Below are positions 1 through 13,284 of a stretch of DNA of 64,000 nt, in pieces. Each line of letters opens with the position of its first letter. The stretch's first letter is position 1. The notes below the pieces were generated by a model. It saw only the letters and a program-made list of their open reading frames with translations. It was not told the DNA's origin and ran no database searches. Source of the DNA: Macrostomum lignano (Eukaryota); contig NIVC01003061.1 of the NCBI GenBank assembly GCA_002269645.1, positions 57,834-121,833 of the forward strand, in the 5' to 3' direction. The translations under genes were made by a program, and so were the position numbers.

Positions 1-154
1 CTTGACTTGCTTGAGTCAGCGGTAGCAGTTTATAATCTCTATTATTGCTAATCCGTCAATTTCGCAGCATTTTTCATGCAAAGGCCAATTATTTAGATCT
101 ATCTTTTTAGACCCTCGATTTTCTCTTATTGATTCGATATTAGAGATAAGCAAA

Positions 155-3100
155 ATGTCAACTGCTGAAGAAGACACCACTAATTATAATAATTGTTCCG
201 ACAATGAAAGCAGCCATTCCAAAGATGTCAAACAAGAAACTAACGAGGTTGCTTTGCAGAAGCAGAAGACTGCAACTTCTGCAACAGTGGAAGCCGAAGA
301 AGAAGACCACCAGCACGAGGATGTCGAAATTGAGCACGAAGTTCACGAACACGAAGTTGAGTTCGCTGACGAGGCCGAGAAGTCCACCGCTAGTCCCTGT
401 TCGGTGCCCGAGCCTGAGCACTGCTCATTTCGAACTCCGCCTCCTCCCGTGCAGCAGTCTTCTGCTCCCGGCGATTCGATGCCTATGTCGCAATCGGAAC
501 TTCTTGGAAAATTTGTAAGAAATAAACATTATAACTCATTTTTAACTGTAATTTTTTACTATTTAAATGTCGAACTTCCCTCTTTGAACACCTTCAGTTT
601 GAAAGTCCAACAAATTGTAAACAAAAATAGACTGTCACAAATAATACCCCAACTGTGCTACTTAACGTCGCACTGCAGTAGTAATATTCGATTATATGAA
701 TTGCAACTGTAAATTATATTTTCTCTTGTAAATAAAATTTCACCCTAAATCCGCAAGAATCTCACCCCAGATCCAAAAGAATCTCACTCAGATCCACAAG
801 AATCTCACCCCAGATCCGCAAGAATCTCACCCCAGATCCGCAAGAATCTCACTCAGATCCGCAAGAATCTCACCCCAGATCCGAAAGAATCTCACTCAGA
901 TCCGCAAGAATCTCACTCAGATCCGCAAGAATCTCACCCCAGATCCGCAAGAATCTCACCCCAGATCCGAAAGAATCTCACCCCAGATCCGCAAGAATCT
1001 CACCCCAGATCCGCAAGAAGCTCACCCCATATCCGCAAGAATCTCACCCCAGATCCGCAAGAATCTCACCCCAGATCCGCAAGAATCTCACCCCATATCC
1101 GCAAGAATCTCACCCCAGATCCGCAAGAATCTCACTCAGATCCGCAAGAATCTCACCCCAGATCCGAAAGAATCTCACTCAGATCCGCAAGAATCTCACC
1201 CCATATCCGCAAGAAGCTCACCCCATATCCGCAAGAATCTCATCCCAGGTCCGCAAGAATCTCACCCCAGATCCGCAAGAATCTCACCCCATATCCGCAA
1301 GAATCTCATCCCAGGTCCGCAAGAATCTCACCCCATATCCGCAAGAATCTCATCCCAGGTCCGCAAGAATCTCACCCCAGATCCAAAAGAATCTCACTCC
1401 AGATCCACACAAAAATCTCACCCCAAATCAGCAAGAATCTCACCCCAGATCCGCAAGAATCTCACCCCATATCCGCAAGAATCTCACTCAGATCCGCAAG
1501 AATCTCACCCCAGATCCAAAAGAATCTCACTCCAGATCCACACAAAAATCTCACCCCAGATCAGCAAGAATCTCACCCCAGATCCGCAAGAATCTCACCC
1601 CATATCCGCAAGAATCTCACCCCATATCCGCAAGAATCTCACCCCATATCCGCTAGAATCTCACCCCATATCCGCAAGAATCTCACCCCATATCCGCAAG
1701 AATCTCACCCCATATCCGCAAGAATCTCACCCCAGATCCGCAAGAATCTCACCACATATCCGCAAGAATCTCACTCAGATCCGCAAGAATCTCACTCAGA
1801 TCCGCAAGAATCTCACCCCATATCCGCAAGAATCTCACTCAGATCCGCAAGAATCTCACCCCAGATCCGCAAGAATCTCACTCAGATCCGCAAGAATCTC
1901 ACCCCAGATCCGCAAGAATCTCACTCAGATCCGCAAGAATCTCACCCCATATCCGCAAGAATCTCACCCCATATCCGCAAGAAGCTCACTCAGATCCGCA
2001 AGAATCTCACCCCAGATCCGCAAGAATCTCACCCCCATCTCATCGACGCCACAGCCGCAGGATGAACCCCAGTCGGCCGCCAGCTGCTCATCCTCTCACA
2101 GCGTGGCCAGTGTGGAAGTGGAGCGCTCCTGCATGGAGACCAGAGGCCTGGTGAACGTGAAGTGGGACATCACCAGGAAGAACAAGGCCAGCATAGTGAT
2201 TGACGGCTACAAGATGACGGAGAGCCGGGCTGGCAAGGACGGCCGGGTGTTCTGGCGCTGCAGCAAGCGGTTCTGCCCAGCCACGGCCATCAGCCTGGCG
2301 CAGAGGCTGGTCTCCGTGCGCCAGGTTGACGCCAGGAGGTTCCACAATCATCCGCCTACTGGCAAGGAGGAGTTCTTCCGCGGGGATTTCGCTAATCCTG
2401 GGACTCCTACCCAGGTGAGGGCGCAAGATGGTTTGAAAGACAGGAATCTTAAGATTTTGGGCTTGTTATCTTTGGGGATTTGGGATCCTTGGGGATTTAG
2501 GATCTTTAGAGATTTGGGATCCTTGGGGATTTAGGATCTTTAGGGATTTGGGATTTCAGGGATTTGGGATCTTTGGGGTTTTGGGATCTTTAGGGATTTT
2601 AGGGATTTAGAATATTTGGGGTTTTGGGATCTTTAGAGATTTGGGATCTTTGGGGATTTGGGATCTTTAGGGATTTGGGATCTTTAGGGATTTTAGATCT
2701 TTGGGATCATCTGGAATCTTTAGGGATTTAGGATCTTTAGGGATTTGGGATTTTAAGGATTTAGAATCTTTGGGGTTTTGGGATCTTTAGGGATTTGGGA
2801 TTGGGTCAGAGACTTGGAATTTTGGGATTCGCGATTTGGGATCTTTGAGGATTTGGAATATTTGGCATTCAGAATCTTAAGGATTTGGGATCTTAGGGGT
2901 TCGGGATCTTGGGATCTGAAATCTGCAAAGCGCCGCAATAAAACCCGGCAACTTTCTATGCTCAGGTGACCATCAAGTGGCCCGTCACTCGTCTGTCAGT
3001 CACCGGCTCCCTGGACGTCGATGACAACCCAGCGGCAGCTGCCAGTGTAGTTGAAGATTCGCATCCAGCCTCGGAGGATCTGGAAGGCGGCGGCAGCAAC

Positions 3101-4692
3101 AGCAAGAAGAACTTGTCGATAAAGCGAAGTGCCCTTCTGCGCCGGCGTCGAGAACGACGTCGAGGAGAACAGCAGCAGCAGCAGCTGTGTCGGAATGCCG
3201 ACGGCGCGTCAGCTGTTGAAGAGGCTGGCGGCCTTCAAGTCGCTGACGACTGCCTGCTGGATGCTGACTCGACCGCTCTGAGCGGAGGCGGTCCCGGCCT
3301 GCAGTACCGGGACTCCTCCCTGCTGCTCGGCTCATCGGCTGAGTCAGTTGACGCCCCTCCTCAGGCCAAGCGAGTTCGACACGAGTCGCTGGAGGACTTG
3401 GCGAGCATCCAGCAGAGGCTGACGGACTCGCTGAGTGGCGTGGCCGGACTGGAGACTGCGCAGGGCGGCGGCGGCCTGCAGGTGAGAGGCGACTTCTTGA
3501 AATCCTCATTTTATAGGAATCTGAAACTCCCCCCCCATTTTTATTCCTCATCTTTAATTTGGGATCTGGAAATCCTCATTTTTATTTGGGATCTGGAAAT
3601 CCTCATTTTAATTTGGGATCTGAAAATCCTCATTTTTATTTGGGATCTGAAAATCCTAATTTTTATTTGGGATCAATGAAAATCTTCATTTTTATTTGGG
3701 ATCTGTGAAAATCCTCATTTTTATTTGGGATCTGAAAATCCTCATTTTTATTTGGGATCTGAAAATCCTCATTTTTATTTGGGATCAATGAAAATCCTCA
3801 TTTTTATTTGGGATCTGAAAATCCTCATTTTTATTTGGGATCAATGAAAATCTTCATTTTTATTTGGGATCTGTGAAAATCCTCATTTTTCTTTGTATCT
3901 GAAAATCCCAATTTTAATTTGGGATCTGAATTAATAAAATACTATTTAGTAAGATTAAAGAATCCCAACCCCGTCCACCAATTCAAGGCCCTAGCAACAG
4001 CCGCTGGTTTCCATGGCAACAGCTATTCGACTGGCTGCTCTTCGAACTCGGTCTCTACAGCGTCAGCCGCGCCTCTGCTAAGAGGCTTGAAGTCCATGCC
4101 ATCCGATGCCTCCAGCGGCTCCAGCAGTCACCAGCACCAGCAGCAGGTGCTGCTCCATCAGCAGCATCAGCATCTGCAAGGACTGGACAGTCAGACCCAG
4201 AAGGCACTCCTAGCCATGGCGTTGAATGGCTTCAACAGTCAGCAGCAGCAGCCTCCGCCGCCGCCGCCGCCCTACAATCCGATCTTCAACCCGCCGCCTC
4301 AGCAGCAGCAGCAGCAGCAGCAGCATCTGTCTCTCAGTTCTCAACAGTTCCCTCATCAGTCTTCATCAGCTGCTGCTGCTAACCTGTTCTCCCTTGCCGC
4401 AGTCGGCAGTCACAGCAGCTCGCCACTGAAAGAGGCTCTGAGCCAAATCGACAACAGCCAGTTAAGAAGGCAGCTGCGCAGATTAGAGAACTACTTCCGG
4501 TCGGGTATTGTGGCGGTTTCAGAGGCCATCTTACGCCAGTCGGTGGTTAACAGTTCGGCACAACTGACCGGCTCAGCGTTTGGCTTCAAGGCTGGTGGCG
4601 GTGCCAGCAGTGAGCAGGAGAGGTTAGGAAGGCTGCTCAACTATTTGGAAGGCTTGGAGCGGGTCAACAAACTGGCCCAGGACTTGGCCTGA
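155..4692 (+). CDS. FLYWCH-type zinc-finger protein, 4 exons: 155-514, 2061-2414, 2966-3481, 3988-4692; acidic N-terminus, polyQ/polyP C-terminus
   Basis: GT/AG boundaries give all phase-0 joins in open frames (GTAAGA at 515, CAG|2061, GTGAGG at 2415, CAG|2966, GTGAGA at 3482, AAG|3988). Exon 2 encodes IVIDGYKM...VFWRCSKRFC...FHNHPP, matching the FLYWCH pattern W-x-C-x4-C...H-x-H. The exon 4 acceptor is the least certain. Confidence 0.8.
746..2036. repeat. Intronic minisatellite, 21-22 bp unit CCCCAGATCCGCAAGAATCTCA
   Basis: Direct tandem copies fill intron 1 of the FLYWCH gene. Confidence 0.97.
2460..2915. repeat. Intronic degenerate minisatellite, GGGATTT(A/G)GGATCTTT-type units
   Basis: Tandem GGGAT-rich units fill intron 2. 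Confidence 0.9.
3495..3930. repeat. Intronic minisatellite, ~27 bp unit GAAAATCCTCATTTTTATTTGGGATCT
   Basis: Tandem copies in intron 3. Confidence 0.93.
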
Positions 4693-4715
4693 TAAAGCTG
4701 CTCGATTCGGGTTGA

Positions 4716-5075
4716 TATGGATTTTGGATCTTGGGATTTGAGATCTTGGGAATTGGGATCTTGGGATTTGGAATCTTGGGATTTGAGATCTTGGGATTTG
4801 GGATCTTGGGATTTGGAATCTTGGGATTTGAGATCTTGGGATTTGGGATCTTGGGATTTGGGATCTTGGGATTTGAGATCTTGGGATTTGGGATCTTGGG
4901 ATTTGGGATCCTGCGATTTGGGATCTGGGATCTTGGGATTTGAGATCTTGGGATTTGGGATCTTGGGATTTGAGATCTTGGGATTTGAGATCTTGGGATT
5001 TAGGATCTAGGGATTTAGGATCTAGGGATTTGGGATCTAGGGATTTAGGATCTTATGATTTGGGATCATTGGATT
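4716..5075. repeat. Minisatellite, ~15 bp unit GGGATCTTGGGATTT, just downstream of the FLYWCH stop codon
   Basis: Direct tandem copies. Confidence 0.95.
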
Positions 5076-6064
5076 TGGAAACTTATTTTATATGATTTTA
5101 ACAATTCTGGTATTTTAGAATTAACAATTTTTAGATTTCAGGATTAGCCTTTTATTATACTTTATGTTTCAATTTTAGGACAAGGAACCTTTTATTTGGA
5201 CTTACCAATTAAGGATTAAGGATTTCCATTGACAGATTTTGGGAAGATTTCAATTCCGTAGATCCCAAACTCAAAGATCCTGATCCCATTTATCCATCGA
5301 AAAGTGTACATTAATGAGCGTCTCATTAGCAAGTATTGTTACGGCTGTAAATTTTAAGCTTTTTAATATTTATTTTCATTTTTATTGCCTTAAGTCTTGA
5401 ATTGGAACTGTTGCCTTTTCTGCTGCCACAAGAACTGCTGAACTATTTTATACAATATGTAAATTTGCCACAATCGCCAAAACAATTTATCATGTAATCC
5501 GCTTGCTCACCGGCTCTCGGCCTGTCGTCTGTTAATCAACATTTTTACAAATTATTTGTTAACTGAAATTCACTATTCCGGTTTGCGTGCGCAAATTTTG
5601 CTACTTGCAGTAAAGTAGTTTGAATTTTTCTGTTTATCTTTTTTCTAAACGAATAAATACTCGTGAGCTGCTCCCGGTCAAAGTCAAGTTTTTAGGATTT
5701 TTCAGCTGCCATTATTATTATTATTAGCATTATTATCATATTAACATGAGCCAGGTAGTCCTACCTTCTTTTTTGTTACAAATTGCTGCTCAAACATTGC
5801 TGATCTTCATTGGTACACATTGCTGAACAAGAGGCTTCTTGGTGAAATTCCATGGCTTGTGTTTATTGTGTGTTTCTGTACAGTTTTTGAAAGGCTCAAA
5901 TTGTATTTCTTACCTGTGTAATCTGTGCTGCGTTATTAGCTGGCAATTATTGATCGCATTATGCAAATAAGTACAATATGCACCCTGCAATGCCAAAGAC
6001 TGCGTTTTTGTGCCCCCTTTTTTACGAGTAGTTCAAGCCGGTTAGTTTACAATGTCAAAATAAT

Positions 6065-6830
6065 TTCACTCTTGTCTGTCACTCTTTATTTGTCACTTTT
6101 ATTTGTCACTTATAGCAATTATTAAATTATCTGTCACTCATCTGTCACTCTCGTCTGTCACTCTTTATTTGTCACTTTTATTTGTCACTTATAGCAATTA
6201 TTAAATTATCTGTCACTCATCTGTCACTCTCATCTTTCACTCTCATCTGTCACTCATCTGTCACTCATCTGTCACTCTTTATCTGTCACTCTTTACCTGT
6301 CACTCTTTACCTGTCACTCTTTACTTGTCACTCTTTATCTTTCACTTATCTGTCACTCATCTGTCACTCTCATCTTTCACTCTTTATCTGTCACTCATCT
6401 GTCACTCTTTATCTGTCACTCATCTGCCACTCTTTATCTGTCACTCTTTATGTGTCACTCTTTATCTGTCACTCTTTATCTGTCACTCATCTGTCACTCT
6501 TTATCTGTCACTCTTTACCTGTCACTCTTTACCTGTCACTCTTTACCTGTCACTCTTTATCTTTCACTTATCTGTCACTCATCTGTCACTCTCATCTTTC
6601 ACTCTTTATCTGTCACTCATCTGCCACTCTTTATCTGTCACTCTTTATCTGTCACTCTTTATCTGTCACTCTTTATCTGTCACTCTTTATCTTTCAGTTA
6701 TCTGTCACTTTTATCTTTCACTTATCTGTCACTCTCATCTTTCACCCTTTACTTGTCACTCTTTACCTGTCACTCTTTATCCTTCAGTTATCTGTCACTT
6801 AACTATCGCTCACCTGTCACTGATTCCCTC
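6065..6830. repeat. Minisatellite, TCTGTCACTC(TTTA) family
   Basis: Direct tandem copies with 11-15 bp variants. Confidence 0.93.
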
Positions 6831-6989
6831 AGCCCTAGCTGCTCATCAATATGTACCATAATGCACCATACCGGCTAACCGCGGCAATCCAATACTCGAA
6901 TCAGTCAGAGTAACTCACTTCCCCATGCAGTGAATTTTGCTTGCTTTTTATTGCTTCTAGCTAGTACTATTTTTTACCCCATACCTTGA

Positions 6990-7170
6990 AGCAACTTTGC
7001 TCGTCTTTTTGCGTGCTATTTTTCTATGAATACTACTTTGAGTAGCTGAAATCTTTATGACTGGCACTCTTTAATTAGCTATTTTGTTGATGATTTTGTC
7101 TCTTTTTGTACCAACTTCTATCGATATGAGCGGATTGATGATGGCTTGTTTATCGTTCGTGTTTGCAGCG
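6990..7170 (+). pseudogene. Possible Penelope-like reverse transcriptase fragment
   Basis: Short translations NFARLFACYF and FYRYERIDDGLFIV resemble the RT motifs around Y(I/V)DD of Penelope-like elements. Very degenerate. Confidence 0.3.
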
Positions 7171-7404
7171 AAATATAATTACCTAATAACTGCTGATTTC
7201 TGTTGCCTTGGCAGCCGTGTACTGCCCATTCAGTTGGATTAGTAACTGACTGCTTGCCTCTTTGTTGCTCTTGGGATTGGCTTTTAATAGCTGTAGGAGG
7301 GAGAGGGAGACAAGGGAGGACAGACGGTGCGCAATGGAGTCGGAGAGCCGCAATAGACCGGCATTTTGGCGGAGAATCGCTACCATAATTATTACTTGAG
7401 CACG

Positions 7405-8460
7405 TGTCTCCCTCTCCCCTATCTACCTCTCCCTATCTCCCTCTCCCTATCTCCCTCTCCCCTATCTCCCTCTCCCCTATGTCCCTCTCCCTATCTCCCT
7501 CTCCCCTATCTCCCTCTCCCCTATCTCCCTCTCCCCTATGTCCCTCTCCCCTATCTCCCTCTCCCCTATCTCCCTCTCCCCTATCTACCTCTCCCCTATC
7601 TCCCTCTCCCCTATCTCCCTCTCCCCTATGTCCCTCTCCCTATCTCCCTCTCCCCTATCTCCCTCTCCCCTATCTCCCTCTCCCCTATCTACCTCTCCCC
7701 TATCTCCCTCTCCCCTATCTCCCTCTCCCCTATCTCCCTCTCCCCTATCTACCTCTCCCCTATCTCCCTCTCCCCTATCTCCCTCTCCCCTATCTCCCTC
7801 TCCCCTATCTACCTCTCCCCTATCTCCCTCTCCCCTATCTCCCTCTCTCTTATCGCTCTCTCCCCTATCTCCCTCTCTCTTATCGCTCTCTCCCCTATCT
7901 CCTCCCCCTATCTCCCTCTCTCTTATCGCTCTCTCCCCTATATCCCTCCCCCTATCTCCCTCTCCCCTATCTCCCTCTCTCTTATCGCTCTCTCCCCCTA
8001 TATCCCTCTCCCCTATCTCCCTCTCCCCTATCTCCCTCTCTCTTATCGCTCTCTCCCCCTATATCCCTCCCCCTATCTCCCTCTCCCCTATCTCCCTCTC
8101 CCCTATCTCCCTCTCCCTATCTCCCTCTCCCCTATCTCCCTCTCCCCTATCTCCCTCTCCCCTATCTCCCTCTCCCCTATCTCCCTCTCTCTTATCACTC
8201 TCTCCCCTATCTCCCTCTCTCTTATCGCTCTCTCCCCTATCTCCTCCTCCTATCTCCCTCTCTCTTATCGCTCTCTCCCCTATATCCCTCCCTATCTCCC
8301 TCTCTCTTATCGCTCTCTCCCCCTATATCCCTCCCCCTATCTCCCTCTCCCCTATCTCCCTCTCCCCTATCTCCCTCTCCCCTATCTCCCTCTCCCCTAT
8401 CTCCCTCTCCCCTATCTCCCTCTCCCCTATCTCCCTCTCCCCTATCTACCTCTCTCCTCT
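7405..8460. repeat. Polypyrimidine minisatellite, ~15 bp unit CTCCCTCTCCCCTAT
   Basis: About 1 kb of near-pure C/T tandem units on the + strand. Confidence 0.96.
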
Positions 8461-8914
8461 CACAGGCGCGTCGCCTGCGGCGCTAAAATGAGTGCTTGCG
8501 GTGCCAAAATGAGGGCTAAAATTTAGTCATGTACATGTACATTTTAAGTTATTGGCTTTGTCCCCCCACCATAAAATTCATGAGACCTCTCATTTCCCCT
8601 ATTCCCTCTCCTACGTCTGCCTCTCCCCCTATTCCCTCTCCTCCATTCGACAAAAGAATTCTGACTAATTATTTTTTGTTCAAAGAAACCTGTTAATTAA
8701 ACAAGTGAGGTGCTGTTTAATTAGTTGCGATTTCTGTTGAAACATTCTTATACAGAGATTCAAGGTGAGTAACGGTTATATGAGCAGCCAAGTGACAAGG
8801 TATATGTTAATATTTGTTTTAGATAAATAATTTGCTTTTTATTAAATGTTAAAAACATAAATAAAAAGGAACATGCGAGCTACACCCTTGCAATGCGCGC
8901 GTACGTTTCTGAGA

Positions 8915-9102
8915 TTTGTCTCCAGAGTGGTGTCAGGGTCTCCAGAGTAGTGTCAGGGTCTCCAGAGTGGTGTCAGGGTCTCCAGAGTGGTGTCAGGGTC
9001 TCCAGAGTGGTGTCAGGGTCTCCAGAGTGGTGTCAGGGTCTCCAGAGTGGTGTCAGGGTCTTTAGAGTGGTGTCAGGGTCTCCAGGGTGGTGTCAGGGTG
9101 TC
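8915..9102. repeat. 20-bp tandem repeat TGTCAGGGTCTCCAGAGTGG, ~9 copies
   Basis: Direct copies with no spacers. Confidence 0.95.
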
Positions 9103-9313
9103 TAAAGAGGCCTAAGAGAAGTCTTAAATTAAATGTCAGGCTTTAAGGGTACAACAGTCACAGTTTAGAAGGTCTTGAGACTCAACAAAATGGCAAATCA
9201 CAAGTCTTCATGCCAGTTTGCTAAGTTAGCAATGACACAGGTTCGCTTAGTGCAAATATCCGAGCTTATATGCGGTGCGCACTACTCATCAGTAGGCTGG
9301 ACAGCCCGCTTAA

Positions 9314-11100
9314 TCAGGCCCAGCTGGAAGGCATGAACCTGGGGATGTCGTCGGCGTCAACCTGCTTGACGTAGCGGATGCGAGATTTGCCGCAGCAGCG
9401 CCGGCAGCAGCGCACCAGGCAGAGGCCCAGCAGCACCAGCAGCGTCACCCCGACAATGGTGTACAGCACCAGCAGGGTGATCACCTCGGAGGAGCTCTGG
9501 CCGTTCATCAGGGCCTTCAACGCGCTCCGAGGATCTTTGTCGGCCGTCGCAGATGACGCCGAACCGTCGCCTTTGCCGGTGGAATTTTGCGAATCTTCGG
9601 GCAACTCAAAGTCGACCATCAGCGGCGCCTGTGAGCTCGGCGACGCCGCCGCGGCAGTCGCGGCCGCCGGCTTGGTGGCAGCCGTGGTGGGGACGGTGCC
9701 CCAGGGCGGCAGCCAGCCCTTCGGGTGGCCGTCGGGTCCCAGGGCGATCACGGGGAACTTCGCATGGTCCAGAGCCTCGTCGCCGGGCAGAAGCGGCTGC
9801 GGGTTGGCGTACTCGACTTCGTCGTCTCCTTCAGCTGCTGGAATCATCGAGTCAGAGTCGTCTGTGGATTCGACAGGCTCAGCGGGACTTTCAGCTGCAT
9901 GTGCAGTCTTTGCTGCAGTCTTTGTTGTAGTCTTTGTTGCAGTCTTTGTAGTGGTCCTGGTTGCAGCCACCGTAGACGAGAAGCCGCTGCCCGGCACCGG
10001 GGTGGTTCTCCGATGCTCGAACTCGTCGATCGGGGTGCCGCGCTGGCAGAGGAACCTGCGGCGGTGCCGGCAGGTGGTGTGGTGCAGCCTGAGTGAACCT
10101 CTCCGAAGCAGCAGGCAGGGGCACCGGCTAAGTGGCGCGGATCTGCTGCTGCCGCTGCTCCAGGACTTTGCCGAGTGGTGCACCTGGGCGGTTTGAGGAC
10201 AACCGAGGGTGACAGGCTTTGAGAACAGTCTGTACATAAAAGCTACAGGGTTTGAGAACAGCCTGTACATAAAAGCTACAGGCTTTGAGAACTGCCTGTA
10301 CATAAAAGCTACAGGCTTTGAGAACTGCCTGTACATAAAAGCTACAGGCTTTGAGAACTGCCTGTACATAAAAGCTACAGGGTTTGAGAACTGCCTGTAC
10401 ATAAAAGCTACAGGCTTTGAGAACAGCCTGTACATAAAAGCTACAGGCTTTGAGAACAGCCTGTACATAAAAGCTACAGGCTTTGAGAACTGCCTGTACA
10501 TAAAAGCTACAGGCTTTTAATAACAGACTGAAACAGGCTTGATAACAGACTGAAACAGGCTTGATAACAGCCTACAGGCTTTGATAACAGACTGAAACAG
10601 GCTTGATAACAGACTGAAACAGTCTGGATAACAGACTGAAACAGGCTTGATAACAGCCTGAGACAGGCTTGATAACAGACTGAAACAGTCCTGATAACAG
10701 CCTGAAACAGGCTTGATAACAGACTGAAACAGGCTTGATAACAGCCTGAAACAGGCTTGATAACAGACTGAAACAGTCTGGATAACAGCCTGAAACAGGC
10801 CTGATAACAGCCTGAAACAGGCTTGATAACAGCCTGGAACAGGCCTGATAACGGACCCCAGCTCACCCAGTAGCACCGGCCAGGTCTCAGCTGCCTGGCC
10901 AACTCCCCGAGTCGGCCTCCCCTAGTCGTCAAGAGGCCGCCAAGGCCGGCAGCCCGGCAGAAGCGCTCAGCCTCCAGCCAGGTGTCCTTGTGCCGGCTGG
11001 CGTAGTGCCGCGGCGGCGCCATGGACCTCGAATAGGACCTGCTGGCCTCCAGCTGCACCAGCAGCAGAGCGGCTACTAAAAAGCAGAGCCTGATTAGCAT
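9314..11100 (-). CDS. Type I membrane protein with signal peptide, C-type lectin-like domain (CTLD), Thr/Ala-rich stalk, TM helix and short tail; 2 exons: 11100-10867 and 10183-9314 (~367 aa)
   Basis: Signal peptide MLIRLCFLVAALLLVQLEA. CTLD motifs TWLEAERFC...CYW|VHHSAKSW...CPCL...TTCRHRRRFLCQ. Phase-0 GTGAGC donor and CAG acceptor. TM segment VITLLVLYTIVGVTLLVLLGLCLV. Confidence 0.75.
10212..10855. repeat. Intronic composite minisatellite: 33-bp unit (GTACATAAAAGCTACAGGCTTTGAGAACTGCCT) followed by 22-bp unit (GATAACAGACTGAAACAGGCTT)
   Basis: Fills the single intron of the CTLD gene. Confidence 0.95.
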
Positions 11101-11559
11101 TGTTGCTTTGCTCAAAGTTTCTGAGAACAGTCTGTTTACTAGTTTAAGAATATGCAAGGTCAGAAATTTTCTAGCCCTAGTTGATGCAGTAAACGCGCCC
11201 CTCTGTGTATTTATCACTAATGGCAAGACAGATGTCTGCCGAGCCCCAGAACCGGGGGGGGGGTCACAGAGGTAGAGAAGAGGTTTCATAGAACAATGGA
11301 ACTCTGAGCAGTTGGAGCTGTGGGAGAGACTGTAGGGTTCTAGAAAATTCTGTGTGTGTGCTATCTGCCTGGGGCGCTGTGCTCGCATGTACAGCTGCTG
11401 CACACTGACTGCGTATACTCTGCAAAATAATCGTGTAGATCTCGTGACTTGGCTGTTAAACTGTAGCTCAAGTGTTTTACAAAGCATTAACGTGCACGTG
11501 TTTTATTTCTCAACTGCTTGAGCTGGCTTGGCTGTCTGCTGCACTGCACTGGATAGGGG

Positions 11560-12580
11560 ACGAATGAGAGAAGAGAGAAGTAGAGAGAGGGACAGAGGTA
11601 GAGAGAGGAGAGATAGACAGAAAGAGGAGAGGTAGAGGGAGAGAGGAGGGCACCTCCAATCTCAGGCGCTAACACAGTGAAAGGACTGATAAAAGTCCAT
11701 TTAGCTAATATTGCCGATATTTCGAATTTGGTAAATTCTTTGTAAGTGAGAGGTAGAGAGCGGAAAGAGGGAGAGAGAGGAGAGAGGTAGATAGGGGAAA
11801 GAGGGAGAGAGGGGAGAGGTAGAGAGGGGGAAGAGGGAGAGAGAGGAGAGAGGTAGATAGGGGAAAGAGGGAGAGAGGGGAGAGGTAGAGAGGGGGAAGA
11901 GGGAGAGAGAGGAGAGAGGTAGAGAGGGGAAAGAGGGAGAGAGGGGAAAGAGGGAGAGAGAGGAGAGAGGTAGAGAGGGGAAAGAGGGAGAGAGGGGAAA
12001 GAGGGAGAGAGGAGAGAGGTAGAGAGGGGAAAGAGGGAGAGAGAGGAGAGAGGTAGAGAGGGGAAAGAGGGAGAGAGGGGAAAGAGGGAGAGAGAGGAGA
12101 GAGGTAGAGAGGGGAAAGAGGGAGAGAGGGGAGAGGTAGGGAGGGGAAAGAGGGAGAGAGAGAGAGACAATAGAGGGGAGAGGTAGAGAGGGGAAAGAGG
12201 TAGAGAGGGGGAAGAGGGAGAGAGGGGAGAGGTAGAGAGGGGAAAGAGGGAGAGAGAGGAGAGAGGTAGAGAGGGGAAAGAGGGAGAGAGGGGAAAGAGG
12301 GAGAGAGAGGAGAGAGGTAGAGAGGGGAAAGAGGGAGAGAGGGGAAAGAGGGAGAGAGGAGAGAGGTAGAGAGGGGAAAGAGGGAGAGAGAGGAGAGAGG
12401 TAGAGAGGGAAAGAGGGAGAGAGGGGAAAGAGGGAGAGAGAGGAGAGAGGTAGAGAGGGGAAAGAGGGAGAGAGGGGAGAGGTAGGGAGGGGAAAGAGGG
12501 AGAGAGAGAGAGACAATAGAGGGGAGAGGTAGAGAGAGGAGAGAGAAGAGAGAAGGGGAGAGGCAGGGGAGAGAAGGCAA
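11560..12580. repeat. Polypurine minisatellite (GAGAGGTAGAGAGGGGAAAGAGG-type units)
   Basis: About 1 kb of near-pure G/A tandem units on the + strand. Confidence 0.95.
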
Positions 12581-13284
12581 TGAGCAGTGATGAATGATGA
12601 GACACAGTTTTAGCCAAGCAATTCATTTATTTCAATGTAAAAAATAAAACAGCAATTAATAAACAGCGATGCATCATCAGTGATATTAATAACTGAGGTC
12701 AATAATTTCAGTCCGAGAAAAAAATTCAATTATTATTGTTTTTTTTTCAATTGAAATAAAACTCACACACAGCATTCAGCCATTCGAATGATTTGTACCG
12801 ATTAATAGGCTCGCAATTAATTGAGTTTTGATCAGCGCAAATAGAGAAAAAAACGCTTACTACTAATTAGTTAAGGCAGGATGTAAAAGAAATCAAAGTG
12901 TCTGTTTGACCGTTTTGTTTTCTTGCGAAAGCAAACGCATGACAGCCTACTGAAGCTTTGTTACTAAGTAGTAAAATTTCAGCAAAAATCCGGTATATAA
13001 ATAAAGTAAGAAAGAGCTAAAAAAGCGGCACTACTAATAGTAGGGAAAAAATTTTTTGGCATCTGAATTTCTTTTTTAATCGAATGAATCAAATTTATTG
13101 ATCGGGTAGATAAAAAATAAAATAAAAATGTGTGAGCTTCAAGCTCTAGCTGAGCCTGCGGTATCAATACAGTTTATTGCAGCAAGAACGGATTGTGAGG
13201 TTGCAGTTTCAATGGCGAAATTTGGACACATAGTGGACTGTTTTGAGCAAATGAGGCATTTGGCTGAGGTGGGGAATGACGAGA

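Noticed and set aside
10212-10520. 33-bp repeat array resembling CRISPR (also the 32-bp array at 16672-16965 and the 20-bp array at 8915-9102)
   Set aside because: Units are directly adjacent with no unique spacers, lie in eukaryotic introns or intergenic DNA, and no cas genes are present.
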